NCBI GenBank assembly: GCA_964035545.1
Contig: OZ037768.1
Span: forward strand, 14,827,675-14,891,674
Length of the DNA stretch: 64,000 nt
Reading direction: 5' to 3'
DNA from: Bugula neritina
Lineage: Eukaryota > Animalia > Bryozoa
The notes under the pieces are model-generated. The model did not search any database and was not told where the DNA came from. It saw nothing but the letters and a program-made list of their open reading frames with translations. Below, piece after piece: positions 31,331-47,200 of this stretch. The translations under genes and the position numbers were made by a program. The first letter of the stretch is position 1, and each line of letters begins with the position of its first letter.

Positions 31331-34300
31331 ACATACAGAAATAAACTGCAAGATACTGCAACATACTGAAATACACTGCAACACACTGAAGTATACTGTA
31401 ATATACAGAAATGTACTGTAAAATACTGAAATATACTTCAACATACTGAAAAATACCTAAAAATATTGAAACATACTGATATACACTGAAACATACTGAA
31501 ATACACTGCAACACATTGGAATATACTGCAACATACCGAAATATATGGTAACCTACTGAAATATGTTGCAAACCACTAAAACATACTGCATCATCCTGCA
31601 ACAAAATGAAATTTACGGTAACACTGAAGCATACTGCAATATACTGAAATATACTGTAACATACTAAGACATACTGCAACATACCGAAAAATATGGTAAC
31701 CTACTGAAATATGTTACAAACTACTGAAACATACTGCAACATACTGCAACATACTGAAATACACTATAGAATACCCAAATATACTGCAACATACTGAAAT
31801 ATACTGCAAGATACTGCAAAATACTGAAGTACATTGTAAGATACCTAAATACACTGCAACATACTGCAACATACTGCAACATATTGAAATACACTGTAAC
31901 ATATTGAAAAACAGTGCAACACATTGAAATATACCGCAACATACCGAAGTATATGGTAGCCTACTGAAATATACTGCGACATACTGAAATACACTGTAAC
32001 GTACTGAAATACACTGCAACATACTGAAATACACTGTAACAGATTAAAATATACTGCAACACACTGAAATATACTGAAACATACTGAAATATATGGTAAC
32101 CCACTGAAATCTGTTGCAGACCACTGAAATATACTGCAACATACTGCAACATAATGAATAATACTGCAACATACTGAAAAATACTGCAAGATACTGCAAC
32201 ATACTGATACACATTGTAAGATACTGAAATACACTGCAACATACCGCAACATACTGCAACGTATTGAAATACACTGTAACATATTGAAAAACACTGCAAC
32301 ACATTGAAATATACTGCAACATACTGAAACATACGGCAACATACTGAAATATACTGCGACACATTGAAATATAGTGCAACATACTGAAATATGCTGTAGC
32401 ATACTGAAATACACTGCAATACACTGAAATATACTGTAATATACAGATTCGTACTGTAACATACTGAAACATACGGCAACATATTAAAATATACTGCGAC
32501 ACATTGAAATATACTGCAACATACTGAAATACACCGTAACATACTAAACTCCACTGCAACATTCCGAAATACACTGTAACACATTGAAATACACTGCAAC
32601 ACAGGGACTTATACTGAAATACATTGTAAGATACGGAAACACACTGCAACATACTGTAACATAATGAAATATAAGGTAACCTACTGAAATATGTTGAAAA
32701 CTACTGAAATATACTGCAACATAATGCAACATAATGAAAGATACTGCAACATACTGAAATAAACTGCAAGATACTGCAACATACTGAAATGCACTGCAAC
32801 ACACTGAAGTATACTGTAATATACAGAAATGTACTGTAAAATACTGAAATATACTTCAACATACTGAAAAATACCTAAAAATATTGAAACATACTGATAT
32901 ACACTGAAACATACTGAAATACACTGCAACACATTGGAATATACTGCAACATACCGAAATATATGGTAACCTACTGAAGTATGTTGCAAACTACTGAAAT
33001 ATACTGCAACATACTGAAATACGCCGTAACATACTGAAATACACTGCAACATACTGAAATACACTGTAACATATTGAAATACACTGCAACACACTGAAAT
33101 ATACTGAAACATACCGAAATATATGGTAACCTACTGAAATATGTTGCAAACCACTGAAACATACTGCATCATCCTGCAACAAAATGAAATATACGGTAAC
33201 ACTGAAGCATACTGCAATTTACTGAAAAATACTGTAACATACTAAGACATACTGCAACATACCGAAAAATATGGTAACCTACTGAAATATGTTACAAACT
33301 ACTGAAACATACTGCAACATACTGCAACATAATGAAATATACTGCAACATAATGAAATATACTGCAACATACTGAAAGATACTGCAAGTTACTGCAAAAT
33401 ACTGAAATACATTGTAAGATACCTAAATACACTGCAACATACTGCAACATACTGCAACGTATTGAAATACACTGTAACATATTGAAAAACACTGCAACAC
33501 ATTGAAATATACTGCAACATACTAAAACATACGGCAACATACTGAAATATACTGCGACACATTGAAATATAGTGCAACATACTGAAATATGCTGTAGCAT
33601 ACTGAAATACACTGCAATACACTGAAGTATACTGTAATATACAGAAACGTACTGTAACATACTGAAACATACGGCAACATACTAAAATATACTGCGACAC
33701 ATTGAAACATACTGCAACATACTGAAATACACCAAAACATACTAAACTCCCCTGCAACATTCTGAAATACACTGTAACACATTGAAATACACTGCAACAC
33801 AGTGAATTGCACTGAAATACATTGTAAGATACGGAAACACACTGCAACATACTGCAACATAATGAAATATATGGTAACCTACTGAAATATGTTGAAAACT
33901 ACTGGAATATACTGCAACATTATGCAACATAATGAAAGATACTGCAATATACTGAAATAAACTGCAAGATACTGCAACATACTGAAATACACTGTAACAT
34001 ACTGAAATACACTGTAACATATTGAAATACACTGCGACATACTGAAATACACTGCGACATACTGCAACATACTGAAAAACGCTGTAACATATTGAAATAC
34101 ACTGCAACACATTGAAATATTCCGCAACATACCGAGATATATGGTAAGCTAATGAGATATACTGTAACACGTTGAAGTACACTGCAACATACTGAAATAC
34201 ACTGCAACACACTAAATTATACTGTAATTTACAGAAATGTACTGCAACATACTGAAATATACCGCAAGATACTGCAACATACTGAAATACACTGTAACAT

Positions 34301-37300
34301 ACTGAAATACACTGCAACATACTGAAATATACTGCATGATACTGCAACATACTGATACACATTGTAAGATACTGAAATGCACTGCAACATAATGAAATAT
34401 ACTGCATGATACTGCAACATACTCATACACATTGTAAGATACTGAAATACACTGCAACATACCGCAACATACTGCAACGTATTGAATTACACTGTAACAT
34501 ATTGAAAAACACTGCAACACATTGAAACATACTGCAACATACTGAAACATACGGCAACATACTGAAATATACTGCGACACATTGAAATATAGTGCAACAT
34601 ACTGAAATATGCTGTAGCATACTGAAATACACTGCAATACACTGAAGTATACTGTAATATACAGAAACGTACTGTAACATACTGAAACATACGGCAACAT
34701 ACTACAATATACTGTGACACATTGAAGTATACTGCAACATACTGAAATACACCGTAACATACTGAAATACACTGCAACATACTGAAATACACTGTAACAT
34801 ATTGAAATACACTGCAACACACTGAAATATACTGAAACATACCGAAATATATGGTAACCTACTGAAATATGTTGCAAACCACTGAAACATACTGCATCAT
34901 CCTGCAACAAAATGAAATTTACGGTAACACTGAAGCATACTGCAATATACTGAAATATACTGTAACATACTAAGACATACTGCAACATACCGAAAAATAT
35001 GGTAACCTACTGAAATATGTTACAAACTACTGAAACATACTGCAACATACTGCAACATAATGAAATATACTGCAACAAACTGAAAGATACTGCAACATAC
35101 TGAAATACACTATAGAATACCCAAATATACTGCAACATACTGAAATATACTGCAAGATACTGCAAAATACTGAAGTACATTGTAAGATACCTAAATACAC
35201 TGCAACATACTGCAACATACTGCAACATATTGAAATACACTGTAACATATTGAAAAACAGTGCAACACATTGAAATATACCGCAACATACCGAAGTATAT
35301 GGTAGCCTACTGAAATATACTGCGACATACTGAAATACACTGTAACGTACTGAAATACACTGCAACATACTGAAATACACTGTAACAGATTAAAATACAC
35401 TGCAACACACTGAAATATACTGAAACATACTGAGATATATGGTAACCCACTGAAATCTGTTGCAGACCACTGAAATATACTGCAACATACTGCAACATAA
35501 TGAATAATACTGCAACATTCTGAAAAATACTGCAAGATACTGCAACATACTGATACATATTGTAAGATACTGAAATACACTGCAACATACCGCAACATAC
35601 TGCAACGTGTTGAAATACACTGTAACATATTGAAAAACACTGCAACACATTGAAATATACTGCAACATACTGAAACATACGGCAACATACTGAAATATAC
35701 TGCGACACATTGAAATATAGTGCAACATACTGAAATATGCTGTAGCATACTGAAATACACTGCAATACACCGAAATATACTGTAATATACGGATTCGTAC
35801 TGTAACATACTGAAACATACGGCAACATACTGAAATATACTGCGACACATTGAAAGATACTGCGACATTCTGAAATACACTGTAACACATTGAAATACAC
35901 TGCAACACATTGAATTATACTGAAATACATTGTAAGATACTGAAATACACTGCAAGATATTGCAACATAATGGAATATATGGTAACCTACTGATATATGT
36001 TGAAAACTACTGAAATATACTGCAACATAATGCAACATAATGAAGGATACTGCAACATACTGATATAAACTGCAAGATACTGCAACATACTGAAATACAC
36101 TGCAACACACTGAAGTATACTATAATATACAGAAATGTACTGTAAAATACTGAAATATACTTCAACATACTGAAAACTACCTAAAAATATTGAAACATAC
36201 TGATATACACTGAAACATACTGAAATACACTGCAACACATTGGAATATACTGCAACATACTGAAATATATGGTAACCTACTGAGGTATGTCGCAAACAAC
36301 TGAAATATACTGCAACATACTGAAATACAGCGTAACATATTGAAATACACTGCAAGATACTGAAATACACTGTAACATATTGAAATACACTGCAACACAC
36401 TGAAATATACTGAAACATACCGCAATATATGGTAACCTACTGTAATATGTTGCAAACCACTGAAACATACTGCATCATCCTGCAACAAAATGAAATATAC
36501 TGCAACATGCTGAAAGATACTGCAACATAATGCAACATACTGAAATACACTATAGAATATTGAAATATACTGCAACATACTGAAATATACAGCAAGATAC
36601 TGCGAAATACTGAAATACATAGTAAGATACCTAAATACACTGCAACATACTGCAACATACTGCAACATATTGAAATACACTGTAACATATTGAAAAACAC
36701 TGCAACACATTGAAATATACCGCAACATACCGAAGTATATGGTAGCCTACTGAAATATACTGCGACATACTGAAATACACTGTAACGTACTGAAATACAC
36801 TGCAACATACTGAAATACACTGTAACATATTAAAACACACTGCAACACACTGAAATATACTGAAACATAACGAAATATATGGTAACCCACTAAGATATGT
36901 TGCAAACCACTGAAATATACTGCAACATACTGCAACATAATGAAGTATACTGCAACATAGTGAAATATACTGCAAGATACTGCAACATACTGAAATACAC
37001 TGTAACGTACTGAAATACACTGCAACATACTGAAATATACTGCATGATACTGCAACATACTGATACACATTGTAAGATACTGAAATACACTGCAACATAC
37101 CGCAACATACTGCAATGTATTGAAATACACTGTAACATATTGAAAAACACTGCAACACATCGAAATATACTGCAACATACTGAAACATACGGCAACATAC
37201 TGAAATATACTGCGACACATTGAAATATAGTGCAACATACTGAAATATGCTGTAGCATACTGAAATACACTGCAATACACTGAAGTATACTGTAATATAC

Positions 37301-38249
37301 AGAAACGTACTGTAACATACTGAAACATACGGCAACATACTAAAATATACTGCGACACATTGAAACATACTGCAACATACTGAAATACACCAAAACATAC
37401 TAAACTCCCCTGCGACATTCTGAAATACACTGTAACACATTGAAATACACTGCAACACAGTGAATTACACTGAAATACATTGTAAGATACGGAAACACAC
37501 TGCAACATACTGCAACATAATGAAATATATGGTAACCTACTGAAATATGTTGAAAACTACTGAAATATACTGCAACATTATGCAACATAATGAAAGATAC
37601 TGCAATATACTGAAATAAACTGCAAGATACTGCAACATACTGAAATACACTGTAACATACTGAAATACACTGTAACATATTGAAATACACTGCGACATAC
37701 TGCAACATACTGAAAAACGCTGTAACATATTGAAATACACTGCAAGACACTGAAATATTCCGCAACATACCGAAATATATGGTAATCTAATGAGATATAC
37801 TGTAACACGTTGAAGTACACTGCAACATACTGAAATACACTGCAACACACTAAATTATACTGTAATTTACAGAAATGTACTGCAACATACTGGAATATAC
37901 TGCAAGATACTGCAACATACTGAAATACACTGTAACATAATGCAATACACTGCAACATACTGAAATATACTGCATGATACTGCAACATACTGATACACAT
38001 TGTAAGATACTGAAATGCACTGCAACATACTGAAATATGCTGCATGATACTGCAACATACTCATACACATTGTAAGATACTGAAATACACTGCAACATAC
38101 CGCAACATACTGCAACGTATTGAAATACACTGTAACATATTGAAAAACACTGCAACACATTGAAATATACTGCAACATACTGAAACATACGGCAACATAC
38201 TGAAATGTACTGCGACACATTGAAATATAGTGCAACATACTGAAATATG

Positions 38250-41200
38250 CAGTAGCATACTGAAATACACTGCAATACACTGAAGTATACTGTAATATAC
38301 AGAATTGTACTGTAACATACTGAAACATACGGTAACATACTAAAATATACTGCGACACATTGAAATATACTGCAACATACTGAAATACACCGTAACATAC
38401 TGAAATACACTGCAACATACTGCAATACACTGTAACATATTGAAATACACTGCAACACACTGAAATATACTGAAACATACCGCAATATATGGTAACCTAC
38501 TGTAATATGTTGCAAACCACTGAAACATACTGCATCATCCTGCAACAAAATGAAATATACGGTAACACTGAAGCATACTGCAATATACTGAGATATACTG
38601 TAACAACTAAGACATACTGCAACATACCAAAAAAAATGGTAATCTACTGAAATATGTTACAAACTACTGAAACATACTGCAACATACTGCAACATAATGA
38701 AATATACTGCAACATGCTGAAAGATACTGCAACATAATGCAACATACTGAAATACACTATAGAATATTGAAATATACTGCAACATACTGAAATATACAGC
38801 AAGATACTGCGAAATACTGAAATGCATAGTAAGATACCTAAATACACTGCAACATACTGCAACATACTGCAACATATTGAAATACACTGTAACATATTGA
38901 AAAACACTGCAACACATTGAAATATACCGCAACATACCGAAGTATATGGTAGCCTACTGAAATATACTGCGACATACTGAAATACACTGTAACGTACTGA
39001 AATACACTGCAACATACTGAAATACACTGTAACATATTAAAATACACTGCAACACACTGAAATATACTGAAACATAACGAAATATATGGTAACCCACTAA
39101 AGTATGTTGCAAACCACTGAAATATACTGGAACATACTGCAACATAATGAAGTATACTGCAACATAGTGAAATATACTGCAAGATACTGCAACATACTGA
39201 AATACACTGTAACGTACTGAAATACACTGCAACATACTGAAATATACTGCATGATACTGCAACATACTGATACACATTGTAAGATACTGAAATACACTGC
39301 AACATACCGCAACATACTGCAACGTATTGAAATACACTGTAACATATTGAAAAACACTGCAACACATCGAAATATACTGCAACATACTGAAACATACGGC
39401 AACATACTGAAATATACTGCGACACATTGAAATATAGTGCAACATACTGAAATATGCTGTAGCATACTGAAATACACTGCAATACACTGAAGTATACTGT
39501 AATATACAGAAACGTACTGTAACATACTGAAACATACGGCAACATACTAAAATATACTGCAACACATTGAAATATACTGCAACATACTGAAATACACCGT
39601 AACATACTAAACTCCACTGCAACATTCTGAATTACACTGTAACACATTGAAATACACTGCAACACAATGAATTATACTGAAATACATTGTAAGATACTGA
39701 AATACACTGCAAGATACTGCAACATAATGGAATATATGTTAACCTACTGAAATATGTTGAAAACTACTGAAATATACTGCAACATAATGCAACATAATGA
39801 AAGATACTGCAACATACTGAAATAAACTGCAAGATACTGCAACATACTGAAATACACTGCAACACACTGAAGTATACTGTAATATACAGAAATGTACCGT
39901 AAAATACTGAAATATACTTCAACATACTGAAAAACACCTAAAAATATTGAAACATACTGATATACACTGAAACATACTGAAATACACTGCAACACATTGG
40001 AATATACTGCAACATACCGAAATATATGGTAACCTACTGAAGTATGTTGCAAACTACTGAAATATACTGCAACATACTGAAATACGCCGTAACATACTGA
40101 AATACACTGCAACATACTGAAATACACTGTAACAAATTGAAATACACTGCAACACACTGAAACATACTGAAACATACCGAAATATAAGGTAACCTACTGA
40201 AATATGTTGCAAACCACTGAAACATACTGCATAATCATGCAACAAAATGAAATAAACGGTAACACTGAAGCATACTGCAATATACTGAAATATACTGTAA
40301 CATACTAAGACATACTGCAACATACCGAAATATATGGTAACCTACTGAAATATGTTGCAAACGACTGAAATATACTGCAACATACTGCAACATATTGAAG
40401 TATACTGCAACATACTGAAATATACTGCAAGATACTCCAACATACTGAAATACACTGTAACATACTGAAATACACTGCAACATACTGAAATACACTGCAA
40501 GATACTGCAACATACTGAAACAGATTGTAAGATACTGAAATGCACTGCAACATACCGCAACATACTGCAACGTATTGAAATACACTGTAACATATTGAAA
40601 AACACTGCAACACATTGAAATATACTGCAACATACTAAAACATACGGCAACATACTGAAATATACTGCGACACATTGAAATATAGTGCAACATACTGAAA
40701 TATGCTGTAGCATACTGAATTACACTGCAATACACTGAAGTATACTGTAATATACAGAAACGTACTGTAACATACTGAAACATACGGCAACATACTAAAA
40801 TATACTGCGACACATTGAAACATACTGCAACATACTGAAATACACCAAAACATACTAAACTCCCCTGCAACATTCTGAAATACACTGTAACACATTGAAA
40901 TACACTGCAACACAGTGAATTACACTGAAATACATTGTAAGATACGGAAACACACTGCAACATACTGCAACATAATGAAATATATGGTAACCTACTGAAA
41001 TATGTTGAAAACTACTGAAATATACTGCAACATTATGCAACATAATGAAAGATACTGCAATATACTGAAATAAACTGCAAGATACTGCAACATACTGAAA
41101 TACACTGTAACATACTGAAATACACTGTAACATATTGAAACACACTGCGACATACTGCAACATACTGAAAAACGCTGTAACATATTGAAATACACTGCAA

Positions 41201-44200
41201 GACACTGAAATATTCCGCAACATACCGAAATATATGGTAATCTAATGAGATATTCTGTAACACGTTGAAGTACACTGCAACATACTGAAATACACTGCAA
41301 CACACTAAATTATACTGTAATTTACAGAAATGTACTGCAACATACTGGAATATACTGCAAGATACTGCAACATACTGAAATACACTGTAACATAATGCAA
41401 TACACTGCAACATACTGAAATATATTGCATGATACTGCAACATACTGATACACATTGTAAGATACTGAAATGCACTGCAACATACTGAAATATGCTGCAT
41501 GATACTGCAACATACTCATACACATTGTAAGATACTGAAATACACTGCAACATACCGCAACATACTGCAACGTATTGAAATACACTGTAACATATTGAAA
41601 AACACTGCAACACATTGAAATATACTGCAACATACTGAAACATACGGCAACATACTGAAATGTACTGCGACACATTGAAATATAGTGCAACATACTGAAA
41701 TATGCAGTAGCATACTGAAATACACTGCAATACACTGAAGTATACAGTAATATACAGAATTGTACTGTAACTTACTGAAACATACGGTAACATACTAAAA
41801 TATAGTGCGACACATTGAAATATACTGCAACATACTGAAATACACTGCAACATACTGAAATACACTGTAACATATTGAAATACACTGCAACACACTGAAA
41901 TATACTGAAACATACCGCAATATATGGTAACCTACTGTAATATGTTGCAAACCACTGAAACATACTGCATCATCCTGCAACAAAATGAAATATACGGTAA
42001 CACTGAAGCATACTGCAATATACTGAGATATACTGTAACAACTAAGACATACTGCAACATACCAAAAAAAATGGTTACCTACTGAAATATGTTACAAACT
42101 ACTGAAACATACTGCAACATACTGCAACATAATGAAATATACTGCAACATGCTGAAAGATACTGCAACATAATGCAACATACTGAAATACACTATAGAAT
42201 ATTGAAATATACTGCAACATACTGAAATATACAGCAAGATACTGCGAAATACTGAAATACATAGTAAGATACCTAAATACACTGCAACATACTGCAACAT
42301 ACTGCAACATATTGAAATACACTGTAACATATTGAAAAACACTGCAACACATTGAAATATACCGCAACATACCGAAGTATATGGTAGCCTACTGAAATAT
42401 ACTGCGACATACTGAAATACACTGTAACGTACTGAAATACACTGCAACATACTGAAATACACTGTAACATATTAAAATACACTGCAACACACTGAAATAT
42501 ACTGAAACATAACGAAATATATGGTAACCCACTAAAATATGTTGCAAACCACTGAAATATACTGGAACATACTGCAACATAATGAAGTATACTGCAACAT
42601 AGTGAAATATACTGCAAGATACTGCAACATACTGAAATACACTGTAACGTACTGAAATACACTGCAACATACTGAAATATACTGCATGATACTGCAACAT
42701 ACTGATACACATTGTAAGATACTGAAATACACTGCAACATACCGCAACATACTGCAACGTATTGAAATACACTGTAACATATTGAAAAACACTGCAACAC
42801 ATCGAAATATACTGCAACATACTGAAACATACGGCAACATACTGAAATATACTGCGACACATTGAAATATAGTGCAACATACTGAAATATGCTGTAGCAT
42901 ACTGAAATACACTGCAATACACTGAAGTATACTGTAATATACAGAAACGTACTGTAACATACTGAAACATACGGCAACATACTAAAATATACTGCAACAC
43001 ATTGAAATATACTGCAACATACTGAAATACACCGTAACATACTAAACTCCACTGCAACATTCTGAATTACACTGTAACACATTGAAATACACTGCAACAC
43101 AATGAATTATACTGAAATACATTGTAAGATACTGAAATACACTGCAAGATACTGCAACATAATGGAATATATGTTAACCTACTGAAATATGTTGAAAACT
43201 ACTGAAATATACTGCAACATAATGCACCATAATGAAAGATACTGCAACATACTGAAATAAACTGCAAGATACTGCAACATACTGAAATACACTGCAACAC
43301 ACTGAAGTATACTGTAATATACAGAAATGTACCGTAAAATACTGAAATATACTTCAACATACTGAAAAACACCTAAAAATATTGAAACATACTGATATAC
43401 ACTGAAACATACTGAAATACACTGCAACACATTGGAATATACTGCAACATACCGAAATATATGGTAACCTACTGAAGTATGTTGCAAACTACTGAAATAT
43501 ACTGCAACATACTGAAATACGCCGTAACATACTGAAATACACTGCAACATACTGAAATACACTGCAAGATACTGCAACATGCTGAAACATACCGAAATAT
43601 AAGGTAACCTACTGAAATATGTTGCAAACCACTGAAACATACTGCATAATCATGCAACAAAATGAAATAAACGGTAACACTGAAGCATACTGCAATATAC
43701 TGAAATACGCCGTAACATACTGAAATACACTGCAACATACTGAAATACACTGTAACAAATTGAAATACACTGCAACACACTGAAACATACTGAAACATAC
43801 CGAAATATAAGGTAACCTACTGAAATATGTTGCAAACCACTGAAACATACTGCATAATCATGCAACAAAATGAAATAAACGGTAACACTGAAGCATACTG
43901 CAATATACTGAAATATACTGTAACATACTAAGACATACTGCAACATACCGAAATATATGGTAACCTACTGAAATATGTTGCAAACGACTGAAATATACTG
44001 CAACATACTGCAACATATTGAAGTATACTGCAACATACTGAAATATACTGCAAGATACTCCAACATACTGAAATACACTGTAACATACTGAAATACACTG
44101 CAACATACTGAAATACACTGCAAGATACTGCAACATACTGAAACAGATTGTAAGATACTGAAATGCACTGCAACATACCGCAACATACTGCAACGTATTG

Positions 44201-47200
44201 AAATACACTGTAACATATTGAAAAACACTGCAACACATTGAAATATACTGCAACATACTAAAACATACGGCAACATACTGAAATATACTGCGACACATTG
44301 AAATATAGTGCAACATACTGAAATATGCTGTAGCATACTGAATTACACTGCAATACACTGAAGTATACTGTAATATACAGAAACATACTGTAACATACTG
44401 AAACATACGGCAACATACTAAAATATACTGCGACACATTGAAACATACTGCAACATACTGAAATACACCAAAACATACTAAACTCCCCTGCAACATTCTG
44501 AAATACACTGTAACACACTGAAATACACTGCAACACAGTGAATTACACTGAAATACATTGTAAGATACGGAAACACACTGCAACATACTGCAACATAATG
44601 AAATATATGGTAACCTACTGAAATATGTTGAAAACTACTGAAATATACTGCAACATTATGCAACATAATGAAAGATACTGCAATATACTGAAATAAACTG
44701 CAAGATACTGCAACATACTGAAATACACTGTAACATACTGAAATACACTGTAACATATTGAAATACACTGCGACATACTGCAACATACTGAAAAACGCTG
44801 TAACATATTGAAATACACTGCAAGACACTGAAATATTCCGCAACATACCGAAATATATGGTAATCTAATGAGATATTCTGTAACACGTTGAAGTACACTG
44901 CAACATACTGAAATACACTGCAACACACTAAATTATACTGTAATTTACAGAAATGTACTGCAACATACTGGAATATACTGCAAGATACTGCAACATACTG
45001 AAATACACTGTAACATAATGCAATACACTGCAACATACTGAAATATATTGCATGATACTGCAACATACTGATACACATTGTAAGATACTGAAATGCACTG
45101 CAACATACTGAAATATGCTGCATGATACTGCAACATACTCATACACATTGTAAGATACTGAAATACACTGCAACATACCGCAACATACTGCAACGTATTG
45201 AAATACACTGTAACATATTGAAAAACACTGCAACACATTGAAATATACTGCAACATACTGAAACATACGGCAACATACTGAAATGTACTGCGACACATTG
45301 AAATATAGTGCAACATACTGAAATATGCAGTAGCATACTGAAATACACTGCAATACACTAAAGTATACAGTAATATACAGAATTGTACTGTAACTTACTG
45401 AAACATACGGTAACATACTAAAATATACTGCGACACATTGAAATATACTGCAACATACTGAAATACACTGCAACATACTGAAATACACTGTAACATATTG
45501 AAATACACTGCAACACACTGAAATATACTGAAACATACCGCAATATATGGTAACCTACTGTAATATGTTGCAAACCACTGAAACATACTGCATCATCCTG
45601 CAACAAAATGAAATATACGGTAACACTGAAGCATACTGCAATATACTGAGATATACTGTAACAACTAAGACATACTGCAACATACCAAAAAAAATGGTTA
45701 CCTACTGAAATATGTTACAAACTACTGAAACATACTGCAACATACTGCAACATAATGAAATATACTGCAACATGCTGAAAGATACTGCAACATAATGCAA
45801 CATACTGAAATACACTATAGAATATTGAAATATACTGCAACATACTGAAATATACAGCAAGATACTGCGAAATACTGAAATACATAGTAGGATACCTAAA
45901 TACACTGCAACATACTGCAACATACTGCAACATATTGAAATACACTGTAACATATTGAAAAACACTGCAACACATTGAAATATACCGCAACATACCGAAG
46001 TATATGGTAGCCTACTGAAATATACTGCGACATACTGAAATACACTGTAACGTACTGAAATACACTGCAACATACTGAAATACACTGTAACATATTAAAA
46101 TACACTGCAACACACTGAAATATACTGAAACATAACGAAATATATGGTAACCCACTAAAATATGTTGCAAACCACTGAAATATACTGCAACATACTGCAA
46201 CATAATGAAGTATACTGCAACATAGTGAAATATACTGCAAGATACTGCAACATACTGAAATACACTGTAACGTACTGAAATACACTGCAACATACTGAAA
46301 TATACTGCATGATACTGCAACATACTGATACACATTGTAAGATACTGAAATACACTGCAACATACCGCAACATACTGCAACGTATTGAAATACACTGTAA
46401 CATATTGAAAAACACTGCAACACATCGAAATATACTGCAACATACTGAAACATACGGCAACATACTGAAATATACTGCGACACATTGAAATATAGTGCAA
46501 CATACTGAAATATGCTGTAGCATACTGAAATACACTGCAATACACTGAAGTATACTGTAATATACAGAAACGTACTGTAACATACTGAAACATACGGCAA
46601 CATACTAAAATATACTGCAACACATTGAAATATACTGCAACATACTGAAATACACCGTAACATACTAAACTCCACTGCAACATTCTGAATTACACTGTAA
46701 CACATTGAAATACACTGCAACACAATGAATTATACTGAAATACATTGTAAGATACTGAAATACACTGCAAGATACTGCAACATAATGGAATATATGTTAA
46801 CCTACTGAAATATGTTGAAAACTACTGAAATATACTGCAACATAATGCACCATAATGAAAGATACTGCAACATACTGAAATAAACTGCAAGATACTGCAA
46901 CATACTGAAATACACTGCAACACACTGAAGTATACTGTAATATACAGAAATGTACCGTAAAATACTGAAATATACTTCAACATACTGAAAAACACCTAAA
47001 AATATTGAAACATACTGATATACACTGAAACATACTGAAATACACTGCAACACATTGGAATATACTGCAACATACCGAAATATATGGTAACCTACTGAAG
47101 TATGTTGCAAACTACTGAAATATACTGCAACATACTGAAATACGCCGTAACATACTGAAATACACTGCAACATACTGAAATACACTGCAAGATACTGCAA

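Larger units (their letters stand above)
590..35850. repeat. Left HOR domain: 3,346-bp units interleaved with 1,458-bp truncated units
   Basis: Landmark offsets: 3361->6707 = 3346, 14485->17831 = 3346, 1904->3361 = 1457, 25440->26898 = 1458, 22095->25440 = 3345. Diagnostic variants: TAGAATACCCAAAT, CAGATTAAAAT, CTGTTGCAGACC, ATGAATAATAC, CAGATTCGTAC, CACAGGGAATTAT, TGGTAAGCTAATGAG. Confidence 0.92.

Noticed and set aside
38628-38640. A8 run (ACCAAAAAAAATGG) as a retro-insertion poly(A) tail
   Set aside because: It derives in register from ACCGAAAAATATGG by two substitutions and recurs in each intact right-domain HOR copy.
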